From a virus (lineage: Duplodnaviria > Caudoviricetes), in IMG/VR virus record IMGVR_UViG_3300020045_004425, positions 1 through 26,249 of that record: 26,249 bases of DNA. The stretch is one strand, 5' to 3'. Numbering within the stretch: position 1 is the stretch's first letter; each line of letters opens with the position of its first letter. Under the pieces are notes generated by a model. That model saw nothing but the letters and a program-made list of their open reading frames with translations. It had not been told where the DNA came from and ran no database searches. Of this stretch, positions 17,323-25,386 are shown one piece after another. The translations under genes and the position numbers were made by a program.

Positions 17323-17734
17323 TACGATTTATTTTAACAATTATATGTTTTGGTTGTGGGGTAATGTCTTCGGTTTTTTCAACTAAACTATTTAAACGCT
17401 GTGTAATTGATGGATTATAAACCCCTAATAAACCACCTGTTATTTGATTTGAGCGAATTTCCTCTTTTATATGTGAACAGATAGTCGTAAAGTCATCATA
17501 AAGCCCTCTTTCGTTAATGAAGTATGATTTTATTGTTCCAAAGTTTTTATAACAATAAACGCTAAATCCTTCAAATGTATATGGAAGTTTAAAAGGATCT
17601 TCCATTCTTTGCGCTTCTTTTCCAACGTAAGAAACCTTCACCCATTCCAAAGCTTCTTCCTTAAGGCTTTCTTTGTATAAAGTCCAAGCGTGCTCTAATT
17701 CATCAGGTGATTTAAAAATTCGTGTTGGGTGCAT
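17309..17734 (-). CDS. terS: Terminase small subunit (P22 gp3-like)
   Basis: FKSPDEL..AW..Y, PYTFEGF, and QITGGLLGVYNPSITQRLNSL motifs; upstream of TerL. Confidence 0.85.
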   Translation of the reverse strand: MHPTRIFKSPDELEHAWTLYKESLKEEALEWVKVSYVGKEAQRMEDPFKLPYTFEGFSVYCYKNFGTIKSYFINERGLYDDFTTICSHIKEEIRSNQITGGLLGVYNPSITQRLNSLVEKTEDITPQPKHIIVKINRNENI

Positions 17735-17748
17735 TTTGTCTAATTTTT

Positions 17749-17783
17749 AAAAAACCGCTTCCAACCCTAAAATCAAAAGCGGT
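17749..17783 (-). terminator. Probable terminator just upstream of terS
   Basis: Minus strand ACCGCTT..N16..AAGCGGTTTTTT. Confidence 0.55.
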
Positions 17784-17793
17784 AAAAATTATA

Positions 17794-17937
17794 TTAATTA
17801 TGAATAGCGAAGTTAACTTCTTTTTTTAATAATACCAAATAATCATCCATTTTTTGCACAAGCTCTGGTTTTATGTTTCTTTTGTATTGGACATTATTTT
17901 GTTTTGGACGCCCGACTTGTTTTTTTGGTTGGCTCAT
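17794..17937 (-). CDS. Small DNA-binding protein (47 aa; GRPK AT-hook-like plus RHH-like)
   Basis: Hand translation MSQPKKQVGRPKQNNVQYKRNIKPELVQKMDDYLVLLKKEVNFAIHN; TAATG coupling to the upstream ORF. Confidence 0.6.
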   Translation of the reverse strand: MSQPKKQVGRPKQNNVQYKRNIKPELVQKMDDYLVLLKKEVNFAIHN

Positions 17938-18092
17938 TACTCGCTAATTTTAAAATCAGTTGAAGTGTAATAATACTCTTTTTGTTCTTCATTCATATTC
18001 ACTACTTCTTGATTAATAAAGTCTTTTGCTAATTTCATTGAAGCGTGTTTTGAAGTGCTTTTGTCGATTGTGTTTGTTACTGTAAGTGTCAT
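17937..18092 (-). CDS. Small hypothetical protein (51 aa)
   Basis: Hand translation MTLTVTNTIDKSTSKHASMKLAKDFINQEVVNMNEEQKEYYYTSTDFKISE; starts 2 bp after the upstream stop. Confidence 0.65.
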   Translation of the reverse strand: MTLTVTNTIDKSTSKHASMKLAKDFINQEVVNMNEEQKEYYYTSTDFKISE

Positions 18093-18094
18093 AA

Positions 18095-18418
18095 TTAAAA
18101 GTTTAAAGTTATTTGATTAAAGTTTGCTAATTCGTCTGCTATAATATCTAATTGTTTATTTGTGAATGTTTTTGATTGACCTACTGTTTTAACTACTTGT
18201 TTAACAAAGTTGTTTTTAGTAGCTACGTATAACTGGCGTAATGTGTTCAAAATTTCTTCATTTTCAATCATAAATGTATAAGTAGTAATTTGTCCGAAAG
18301 AGTTTGATCTTCCTGTATTAAATGCTTTTGATCTGCAAGATAATTCAAATTGTTCGGTTATTTGAGTTTCAACATTTGAATATTTTGTTGTTTCTTTTAA
18401 GTTAGCTACTGTTGTCAT
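18095..18418 (-). CDS. Phage hypothetical protein (107 aa), first gene of the cassette
   Basis: ATG 28 bp downstream of a TATATTTG promoter element. Confidence 0.8.
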   Translation of the reverse strand: MTTVANLKETTKYSNVETQITEQFELSCRSKAFNTGRSNSFGQITTYTFMIENEEILNTLRQLYVATKNNFVKQVVKTVGQSKTFTNKQLDIIADELANFNQITLNF

Positions 18419-18445
18419 AATTTATATTTGTTTGATTTTGTTATA

Positions 18446-18453
18446 CAAATATA
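18446..18453 (-). promoter_or_regulatory. Bacteroidota -7 promoter element TATATTTG
   Basis: TATATTTGTA, identical to the element at 3228..3237. Confidence 0.65.
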
Positions 18454-18494
18454 CGTCATTTATATTGTTAGTACCTAATATTATTTAACTTATT

Positions 18495-18779
18495 TTACAA
18501 TTTAGATTCATTATAGATAATATTTGCTTTAATAATTGCTTCGTTGGTTGCTTCGGTGCGTGACAATCTTACATTTATAGCTATATACATATTTTCATAC
18601 AATATTACAGAATCAAAATCATCACAATTAATTAATGGATATAGAAATATTTTAATCCCAACCGAATCAAAGAACTCGATTATAATAGCGTTTTGGCAGG
18701 ATTCTGGTAATAATGCAAAATATCCTCTTCCTTTGTTTTGCGCATCGAATGCTTCTTTTGTTTTCCCTGTTAATTTCAT
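18495..18779 (-). CDS. Phage hypothetical protein (94 aa)
   Basis: MKLTGKTKEAF...IIEFFDSVGI...RTEATNEAIIKAN..YN, a pattern typical of Flavobacterium phage small proteins. Confidence 0.8.
   Translation of the reverse strand: MKLTGKTKEAFDAQNKGRGYFALLPESCQNAIIIEFFDSVGIKIFLYPLINCDDFDSVILYENMYIAINVRLSRTEATNEAIIKANIIYNESKL
18500..18518. promoter_or_regulatory. 19-bp imperfect palindrome, Fur-box-like operator (copy 2)
   Basis: ATTTAGATTCATTATAGAT; 15/19 match to ATTTAGAATTATTCTAAAT; overlaps the 3' end of 18495..18779. Confidence 0.55.
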
Positions 18780-18801
18780 AATTTTATTTGTTTGAATTGT
18801 T

Positions 18802-19077
18802 AAAAGTGTATAGTTGTATAATTTTTGTATAGTAACTGTATAGTGATTTTTTCATAATGTATTATATTTCAATGTTTTATGTAAAATTAGTGTATAATTA
18901 TACACTTTTTGAAAAACCCTCTTTAAAAAGAGTAATATTTATATATTTATATATTTATATTAATATACTGTATAATATGTATAATATTCAATGTTTATAG
19001 TACTTACCACGTGAAAAAGTGTATAAAAAGTGTATAATAAGTGTATAGTAACTATACACTTTTCGCCCAACTGTATA
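18802..19077. repeat. Putative replication origin: TGTATA iterons, palindromes and an AT-only tract
   Basis: Eleven direct TGTATA and two inverted TATACA copies; ATATATTT tandem repeats at about 18934..18967; immediately downstream of the primase/DUF3987 genes. Confidence 0.75.
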
Positions 19078-20344
19078 AAGTTGCCCTTGTCACATTTAGC
19101 ATTTCAGCGACTTTAGTATAATTTATCTTGTCGCCACGCTTAAGCATAATATCAAAAATTTCTTTTGGTGAAGATTCTTTATTTGTGGTTAAAATAGCCG
19201 CAATAGATTTAGTTTCTTTCGCGCTTACTTTTACTTTTTGCGCCTGCTTAATGAAATACTTACTCAATTCAAACGCTTTTAAGACAGTTTCTTTTGAAAT
19301 CAATACAGGAATAACCATTGATTCAAAATTGTTTATCAAATGTATTAATAACGTAAAACGGGGTATATATGACTTTTGTTTTGGTAACATAGATTTCATA
19401 TACTCGTTTTCTTCGTCTGAATTTTGCATTATTGAAATTTGATTGTAAATTTTCTCCCATTCATATTTTGCAGCATCATCAAATCGAAATTTATTTGGAA
19501 TGATTTCCTCGTCTTCGTCTTTCTTAATATCCATAGAAATAGTATTGTAGAAACTTTTTACCCAATCATCGTAGTATTGAATAGCCGTTATATCCATTTC
19601 ATTACTATTGTATAATTCAATTTTTATTTCTGGACAACATAATAAAATCCTATCTAAAAATCCATTACTTTTGTTTTCTTCCGTACTGAAAGACTCCAAG
19701 ATGGCAGGCTGTACGCCTCCAAGGATAGGAATAAATGGACGTGGTAAATAAGAATTTCCGCTTTTACGATTCATTGATACACTCTTACCTGACCATGTAG
19801 TAAGCCAAAAAGGCAAATCTGAACCGTTGGAATAACGTGACATATTTTTTACCCATCCATCGAGCTCTTCACGAAACATTCCCATACTGTTAGGATTTTT
19901 TCCATGAATATCTACTAATGCTTCAATAGTAATGTCATTCACGATAAACTGTTCTGGTTTAGGTTCATTTTCTGGATCTCCTTTTGAATCGTCCCAAAGT
20001 TTCCATTTTCTTGGATAACTGGAAATCAATTCAGAATTTATGCGTTCAAATGGACGCGTCGCCATTGAAATTGATGGAGTTTTACCAACCCCTGCACTAC
20101 CTACGCAGGCAACCCAAATGTTTGCAAATTCAATCCATCCGTGTTTAACCTCAATACAACAAGAATTTCCAACTACAGAAGATATGCCCCATAATAAAGA
20201 ACATCCAATATAATCAATGTTTGAATCGAGAGTTGAGTTTGCATCCAAAATATAGGATTGAATAGGCTTTGGGAATATCTCAATAGGAAATTCAGATTTT
20301 TTTTCCTCGGTAATTAACGCGGTCATTTTATCTTTTAAACTCAT
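19052..20344 (-). CDS. DUF3987/YfjI-family P-loop ATPase (replicative helicase-like) with C-terminal HTH
   Basis: FPIEIFP, Walker A GSAGVGKT, DITIEAL, REELDG, GGVQP and NGFLDR motifs; C-terminal YTKVAEMLNVTRATLYSW. Confidence 0.85.
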   Translation of the reverse strand: MSLKDKMTALITEEKKSEFPIEIFPKPIQSYILDANSTLDSNIDYIGCSLLWGISSVVGNSCCIEVKHGWIEFANIWVACVGSAGVGKTPSISMATRPFERINSELISSYPRKWKLWDDSKGDPENEPKPEQFIVNDITIEALVDIHGKNPNSMGMFREELDGWVKNMSRYSNGSDLPFWLTTWSGKSVSMNRKSGNSYLPRPFIPILGGVQPAILESFSTEENKSNGFLDRILLCCPEIKIELYNSNEMDITAIQYYDDWVKSFYNTISMDIKKDEDEEIIPNKFRFDDAAKYEWEKIYNQISIMQNSDEENEYMKSMLPKQKSYIPRFTLLIHLINNFESMVIPVLISKETVLKAFELSKYFIKQAQKVKVSAKETKSIAAILTTNKESSPKEIFDIMLKRGDKINYTKVAEMLNVTRATLYSWAKSV

Positions 20345-21183
20345 ATTTTTTCATCATTTAAGTACAAGTCTGCAATATCTAAACCGTCTGCACAATCTGT
20401 ATTTTCTATTATATCCGATGTGGTAATGTTATATCCAAAATTATTCATTTCTAATGCTTTATCAAACCACTCTTTATAACATCCTTTATCTGGGAAAGAT
20501 ATAATTTTACGTAATTTTATGCTTTGGAGATATTCAATTTTAAAACCACTTTTAGATCCGGTTGCGAGCCAAAGAAAATCAGGAACAAATATTGACATTA
20601 TCACGGCCGTTTTTTCACTTTCAACTATTGCAATAGTTTTTGTTTTGTCTTCTTTTGTCAAATGTAAACCGAATAAGCATTGTTTTAAATTATACGGTTG
20701 TTTATGCATCCAATTTATGTGCGCTTTTCCCGTATCATCTTTTACACGTTTTCCTGTTGTTGGGTTGTATTCCATAATTTTTCCAGAACGTACACGCTCA
20801 AGTTGGTCAATTTGCCAAAATATAGTATTGTTACGAATGGAAGACAAAAGATAATCAAAGCGCGCTTTTCTAATTTGCAAAGTGTCAAATCGAGTTTTTA
20901 AAAAAGTTATTAGGTTGCAATCAGTTTCAAGAAAATGTTTCTCAACTAATTTCAAAGATAAATATTGAGTTTCTTTTTTTATTTCTTCGTGTTTAGGAAT
21001 AAAAACAACATCATTACTTTCTGGTTTTTTGTGGTAACCGCATTTTTCAGACCTATCACATTTCATTGCTCCTGAAATAATGTTTCCAGTTTCATTTTCA
21101 ATATATGAAACTGCTGTTTTACGTCCGCAATTATCACATATTATTTTACCTCTTTTTGCTAATGAATATTTAAATTGTGCCAT
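20341..21183 (-). CDS. Primase-like protein (Zn finger plus TOPRIM; DUF6371-like)
   Basis: CDNC...CDRSEKCGYH, IFWQID...RSGKIM.Y, QCLFGLHL, IVESEKTA, FPDKG and DIAD motifs. Confidence 0.85.
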   Translation of the reverse strand: MAQFKYSLAKRGKIICDNCGRKTAVSYIENETGNIISGAMKCDRSEKCGYHKKPESNDVVFIPKHEEIKKETQYLSLKLVEKHFLETDCNLITFLKTRFDTLQIRKARFDYLLSSIRNNTIFWQIDQLERVRSGKIMEYNPTTGKRVKDDTGKAHINWMHKQPYNLKQCLFGLHLTKEDKTKTIAIVESEKTAVIMSIFVPDFLWLATGSKSGFKIEYLQSIKLRKIISFPDKGCYKEWFDKALEMNNFGYNITTSDIIENTDCADGLDIADLYLNDEKI

Positions 21184-21185
21184 AA

Positions 21186-21347
21186 CTACAAAGTTTTTAT
21201 ATGAGTTACTTCGCTAATTTTCCAGTTATGCCATTTCAAACGCGCGTCTAATGTCGGGCGCGTTATTCCTATTTCTTTTGCAACTTCATCTTTTGTCGAT
21301 GATGAAATTCGTTTCAATACTTTTTGAGTGCATTCGTATTTTGTCAT
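21186..21347 (-). CDS. Small HTH (Cro-like) protein (53 aa)
   Basis: Hand translation MTKYECTQKVLKRISSSTKDEVAKEIGITRPTLDARLKWHNWKISEVTHIKTL. Confidence 0.75.
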   Translation of the reverse strand: MTKYECTQKVLKRISSSTKDEVAKEIGITRPTLDARLKWHNWKISEVTHIKTL

Positions 21348-21352
21348 AATTT

Positions 21353-21574
21353 TTATTTTAATATTTCAAACATATAAAACGGAATAATTCTTTTACTTAT
21401 GTAGTGTTCTTTAAAACAATCCAATTCAAACAACCCTAAATATTTTTCTTCAACTTCAATTTTATAAATAATATTTCCATAATTTTTACATACTTCAATA
21501 TCTTTACTAAAATAAGTTCCTGCTTTCATTCCAATATCTTTTATTTCTATTGGCGAACCGTGATATAATGTCAT
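21353..21574 (-). CDS. Minimal ADP-ribosyltransferase-fold protein (73 aa)
   Basis: LYHGS...GTYFSKD...C.NYG..IYKIEV...EHY....IP, the H-Y-Y-E layout of the HYE ART clade. Confidence 0.55.
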   Translation of the reverse strand: MTLYHGSPIEIKDIGMKAGTYFSKDIEVCKNYGNIIYKIEVEEKYLGLFELDCFKEHYISKRIIPFYMFEILK

Positions 21575-21606
21575 AATTTGTAAATTTTTTTACGTTAATA
21601 AAGATT

Positions 21607-21633
21607 AAAAAACCACTCGCTTTGAATGGTTTT
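21607..21633 (-). terminator. Rho-independent terminator
   Basis: Minus strand AAAACCATTC-AAAGC-GAGTGGTTTTTT after the VRR-NUC gene. Confidence 0.7.
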
Positions 21634-21643
21634 GTAAATGTAG

Positions 21644-22030
21644 TTATTCTTTTCCTAATAACCAAGGTAAATATTTTGAAATAATAGTTTGGAACTGTTC
21701 TAAATTACGAAATACAAAATAAATCCCATTTAAATCTTGCATTCGTCTTTGTATGTTTTGTTGCGCTTCGCTTTGATGCCCTGATTCTGTTTTACATTCG
21801 GCCATTATGCATCTGCCTTTTACCCCGTGAATTATCAAATCACTAATCCCATTTACCATTCCTGTCTTATGAAGTAAATCTAAAATTCTCGCCTGTTCTT
21901 TGACTTGTATTGGAAGTCCATTTGGTACTGAATGTATTAATAATCGTGGTTCGTGTTTTACAAGGCAATAAGTGTTATTAAACCACTGATAACAACTTTG
22001 TTGTATTGCTTGTTCTGGAATTTCTTTCAT
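21644..22030 (-). CDS. VRR-NUC family nuclease
   Basis: EQAIQ, SVPNG, GMVNGISDL and AECKTESGHQSEAQ; PD-(D/E)xK pattern. Confidence 0.9.
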   Translation of the reverse strand: MKEIPEQAIQQSCYQWFNNTYCLVKHEPRLLIHSVPNGLPIQVKEQARILDLLHKTGMVNGISDLIIHGVKGRCIMAECKTESGHQSEAQQNIQRRMQDLNGIYFVFRNLEQFQTIISKYLPWLLGKE

Positions 22031-22031
22031 C

Positions 22032-22316
22032 TTAATAAATATCGTAAACTATAAATAAAATATCGTTTTTCATTTCAAAATACCTATTTAAAACTTCCAT
22101 CCTATCGGTCCCTTCGTCTAAAATATCGCCTTTAATTGGATATATTTTATTTTTTATCATACCCGCTAAGAGATTAATTAAATTTTCTACGTGATTCATC
22201 CCGTATGTACTTTCTTGTTCTATTGGGTTTCCGTCTTTGTCCGTGAAAACGAATTTAAGTCTTGTAAAATCATTGATAATCAAAACTTGTTTTTCTGATT
22301 TTAATAATAAGCTCAT
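22032..22316 (-). CDS. Phage hypothetical protein (94 aa)
   Basis: Packed between the helicase and nuclease genes. Confidence 0.7.
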   Translation of the reverse strand: MSLLLKSEKQVLIINDFTRLKFVFTDKDGNPIEQESTYGMNHVENLINLLAGMIKNKIYPIKGDILDEGTDRMEVLNRYFEMKNDILFIVYDIY

Positions 22317-22342
22317 AATATTTTTTTTATAAAGTTAATAAA

Positions 22343-23983
22343 TTATTTTCGTTTCGTATAATATATGTCTAATTTAGTTTTTATTTTATTCACAATCCAC
22401 GCTTTTGTGCGCATCGTACCCGATTGCAATTCGCTGCCTTGAATGATTGCATACGGTGACTTTATAATATTTCGTATTGACATTTCGAATTTACCATTAT
22501 GTACCGTATTTATAAATGTTCCTTCGGTTACATTGTGATAATAGAACAAATCTAAAATTTGAGATTGTAAAACTGCCCAAGCAAAATTTTTGTCTTTCTG
22601 CAATCGAAGGCAATAATGCACAATCTTATTTCCATCCGGCAAAGGCACTGCATCAATTAATTTTGCAACCTCTCCAGAAACCAAAATCAAACGCTCTTTT
22701 TCTTTTTCAGTATATCCACATTCTGGACATTCCAATAAATTCTTAGCGTGAATATAACCGCACTCGCTGCATTGCTTTACATTTTCTAAAGCTTCTTTTT
22801 TTGGTTTAGGTTTTGCGTCAGTTCCATAAAATATAGGCTTCCAGTCTATTTCGTCGCTCCATTTTCCAAATGCTTCTACATTTCCGCCGCCATCTATAAG
22901 TGTGAAATATGGTTTGTATATCGAATCACAAGGACGGCCACCACGCCCAACGCATTGCAAGAACAAAGCGCGCGATAATGTGGCTCGGTTCATAATCACG
23001 CATTCAACACTTGGTTCGTCAAATCCAGTGGTAAACACTGAAACGTTGCATAAGATTGCGTTTGATGTTTCTTTGAACCATTGCAGTACTTTTTTTCTGT
23101 TTTCTGAATCGTTCACGCTGTCAAAAATCTTGACATTTGAAATACCAGCATCCAAAAAAGCTTCATAAACCATTAAGTTAATTTTTGCACTTGAATTAAA
23201 AATGATTGTTTTTTTATCGAAGGCAATTTCTTTATAGTTTTTCACAACATCAAAAATACCTTTTTCTATTTGCTCATCTTGGTTATCGAAATCGCCTGTT
23301 TTTGCATCAACTTTTAAAGAACTACGATCTAAATTGCCGGTGATATAAACCAATTCTTTTACAAGTTTTCCATCATTAATCAAATCAGTAATTCCACGTC
23401 CTATAATAATATCCTCATAAATTTCACTCAATGTAAACGCGCGTGTATATTCGAACGTTTCAATATTGCAACATTCTACGATGGTTTCGTGAATTTTTCC
23501 ACAACGTGCGCATTTAGTAAAATTTACTTTCTTTAAAACGGTTGGTGTTGCCGTAACTCCTAATATTTTAGCATCAGGATAGTAATCGAAAATCTCACGA
23601 TGCATCAACAAATGTGCTTCATCGACTATAATCAAACCAACATCTTTAACAAAATTAGAATCTTTTTGTAAACGTTTTTTTAACGTTTGAATCATTGCTA
23701 CGTATGTTTGCGAAAGGTGGTTGAGTGATTTTTTGCTCGCTACAACCGTTTCTACAGTTACCCCGATAGTTCGTAATGTGGCGGCCGTTTGAGTTATTAA
23801 TTCTTCACGGTGCGCAACTATCAAAACTTTTTTACCAGTTTTTTTAATAAATTGTTTTGATAAAAAAGAAAATACAGCCGTTTTACCGCCTCCAGTTGCT
23901 AGCGTGAAACATACACGGTTTTGTGTTTCTAAATGAGATAATATTTCTTGTATAGATTTTTCTTGATGTGGGTATGGTTTCAT
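22343..23983 (-). CDS. Superfamily 2 DEAH-box helicase with zinc-binding motifs
   Basis: LATGGGKT, AHREEL, DEAH, TATP, TTGFDEP, QCVGRGGR; C-terminal CSEC..CPEC. Confidence 0.95.
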   Translation of the reverse strand: MKPYPHQEKSIQEILSHLETQNRVCFTLATGGGKTAVFSFLSKQFIKKTGKKVLIVAHREELITQTAATLRTIGVTVETVVASKKSLNHLSQTYVAMIQTLKKRLQKDSNFVKDVGLIIVDEAHLLMHREIFDYYPDAKILGVTATPTVLKKVNFTKCARCGKIHETIVECCNIETFEYTRAFTLSEIYEDIIIGRGITDLINDGKLVKELVYITGNLDRSSLKVDAKTGDFDNQDEQIEKGIFDVVKNYKEIAFDKKTIIFNSSAKINLMVYEAFLDAGISNVKIFDSVNDSENRKKVLQWFKETSNAILCNVSVFTTGFDEPSVECVIMNRATLSRALFLQCVGRGGRPCDSIYKPYFTLIDGGGNVEAFGKWSDEIDWKPIFYGTDAKPKPKKEALENVKQCSECGYIHAKNLLECPECGYTEKEKERLILVSGEVAKLIDAVPLPDGNKIVHYCLRLQKDKNFAWAVLQSQILDLFYYHNVTEGTFINTVHNGKFEMSIRNIIKSPYAIIQGSELQSGTMRTKAWIVNKIKTKLDIYYTKRK

Positions 23984-24318
23984 AACAATATCTTATTAAA
24001 AAAACTCATTCCTTTTTCTTTAACAATTTCTTTATTGTCATAAAATCGTTTAGCAAAATCAGAAAAAAGAACAATCTCTGATATATCCATTTTACCAATT
24101 GTTTCTGCTAATTCAGCAGTTTTTTGACAAATGTTTATACTCATTTCGGGTTCTAATTTATAGATTTTTGCGTATTCTTGAGATAGGTCTTTTTCGGATG
24201 CTTTTCTTAATGCGTTTGCGTGCATTTTAATTTCGCGTTTTATTGGGTATTGGTCCAGAAATTCACATAATACTTGTAGTTGAATTGTAAGCTCTATGCC
24301 GTTTTTTAGTGGGTTCAT
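23980..24318 (-). CDS. Phage hypothetical protein (112 aa)
   Basis: ATGA-coupled to the helicase gene. Confidence 0.75.
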   Translation of the reverse strand: MNPLKNGIELTIQLQVLCEFLDQYPIKREIKMHANALRKASEKDLSQEYAKIYKLEPEMSINICQKTAELAETIGKMDISEIVLFSDFAKRFYDNKEIVKEKGMSFFNKILL

Positions 24319-24320
24319 AA

Positions 24321-25157
24321 TTAAAATAGCGTTGTTTCTGTTTTATTAATCAATGTTTTTGCAAATCCAAACTCTTCGATATCACTTAATTTTTGATACT
24401 CTTCATTTATCCAATTTTCAGCAGCTTTATGGAATGGTTTTTTAATCTCAAAACCAAATGCTTTTCTTTTCATTTCTTGAGCCGCTATTAAAGTTGAACC
24501 TGAACCGCAGCACGGATCAATCACAACATCGCCTTCGTCTGTAAAAATTGAAATTAATCTTTTTAATAACTCAACTGGCTTTTGTGTCGGGTGTATTTTT
24601 TCGCTTACATTATCACGTGGCCAATCCATACAATTGAAAATCATTTTTCCTTTGTTTCTGAATTTTGGCAATCTATCGCGATAAAATATAAGAGCGTATT
24701 CGCAATTTCCTACAACTTTCATATTTGCTTTCAAAACTTGAGCACTAAAATTTTTACGAAAAACTAAATTTATATAGTTGTTCAAACCGTATTTTTTAGC
24801 CAATTCAATTAAATACATTTGTTGGTCAAATGCACAAAAAACAATCATACAAGGCGCGTCTCCTTTTTGTCTTGCCTCTCCTTCTACTTTTTTAGGCTTA
24901 GTTTCAGTTTTTAACATAGTTGAACAAAAGTGCATAAATTCAGCCGGCCTAAAATCTTCGTCTGTATCGAAAAAACTTTTTCCAGCTAATGCACTTTCAC
25001 CATTGGAATTATCCCCGTCTTTATACCATGCGGGATTTGATGCATACGCGTTGTTTCCTAAATTATACGGAATATCCGCTATTATTAATTGCGCTTTCGG
25101 AATTGCATAGGTCTTGAAATTCTGAAAATGATTGTTAAAAATTTGTGCTTTTTTCAT
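24321..25157 (-). CDS. DNA methyltransferase, N6A/N4C beta class
   Basis: Motif IV variant DIPY near the N-terminus, HPTQKPVELL, motif I VIDPCCGSGSTL, GFEIK. Confidence 0.92.
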   Translation of the reverse strand: MKKAQIFNNHFQNFKTYAIPKAQLIIADIPYNLGNNAYASNPAWYKDGDNSNGESALAGKSFFDTDEDFRPAEFMHFCSTMLKTETKPKKVEGEARQKGDAPCMIVFCAFDQQMYLIELAKKYGLNNYINLVFRKNFSAQVLKANMKVVGNCEYALIFYRDRLPKFRNKGKMIFNCMDWPRDNVSEKIHPTQKPVELLKRLISIFTDEGDVVIDPCCGSGSTLIAAQEMKRKAFGFEIKKPFHKAAENWINEEYQKLSDIEEFGFAKTLINKTETTLF

Positions 25158-25174
25158 AATTAATTTTTATTTTT

Positions 25175-25384
25175 TTATTCTTTAAATTCGTTTCCGTGTT
25201 CGCTAATAACTTCCATCACAACCGCAACATCTTTTACTTTCTTAAATTGCGCTGCAAATACACCAGCATCTTTCATATACGTATTTGTCGATGTGCATTT
25301 TAATTGTTCATGGCCCAACGCACTAAATTTAACATAATAAATTGTTTGCGGTTTTATTGGTAATCCTATTTTTTTTAGGGTCAT
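25175..25384 (-). CDS. Phage hypothetical protein (about 69 aa)
   Basis: Likely start ATG 25384 (MTLKKIG), just after the upstream stop. Confidence 0.65.
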   Translation of the reverse strand: MTLKKIGLPIKPQTIYYVKFSALGHEQLKCTSTNTYMKDAGVFAAQFKKVKDVAVVMEVISEHGNEFKE

Positions 25385-25386
25385 TT

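Noticed and set aside
18802-19077. Repeat array considered as a CRISPR or mini-array
   Set aside because: Repeats are only 6-12 bp with irregular short gaps and no unique spacers of about 30 bp; fits iterons.
21239-21264. GC-rich inverted repeat AACGCGC-N12-GCGCGTT
   Set aside because: Short, inside the HTH ORF, explained by Thr-Arg and Ala-Arg codons, and lacks a U-tract.
509-25110. All plus-strand ORFs in the track (e.g. 509..694, 6288..6572, 7816..8214, 12472..12795, 19128..19442, 24778..25110)
   Set aside because: They are antisense shadows of well-supported minus-strand genes, with atypical composition and no recognisable motifs.
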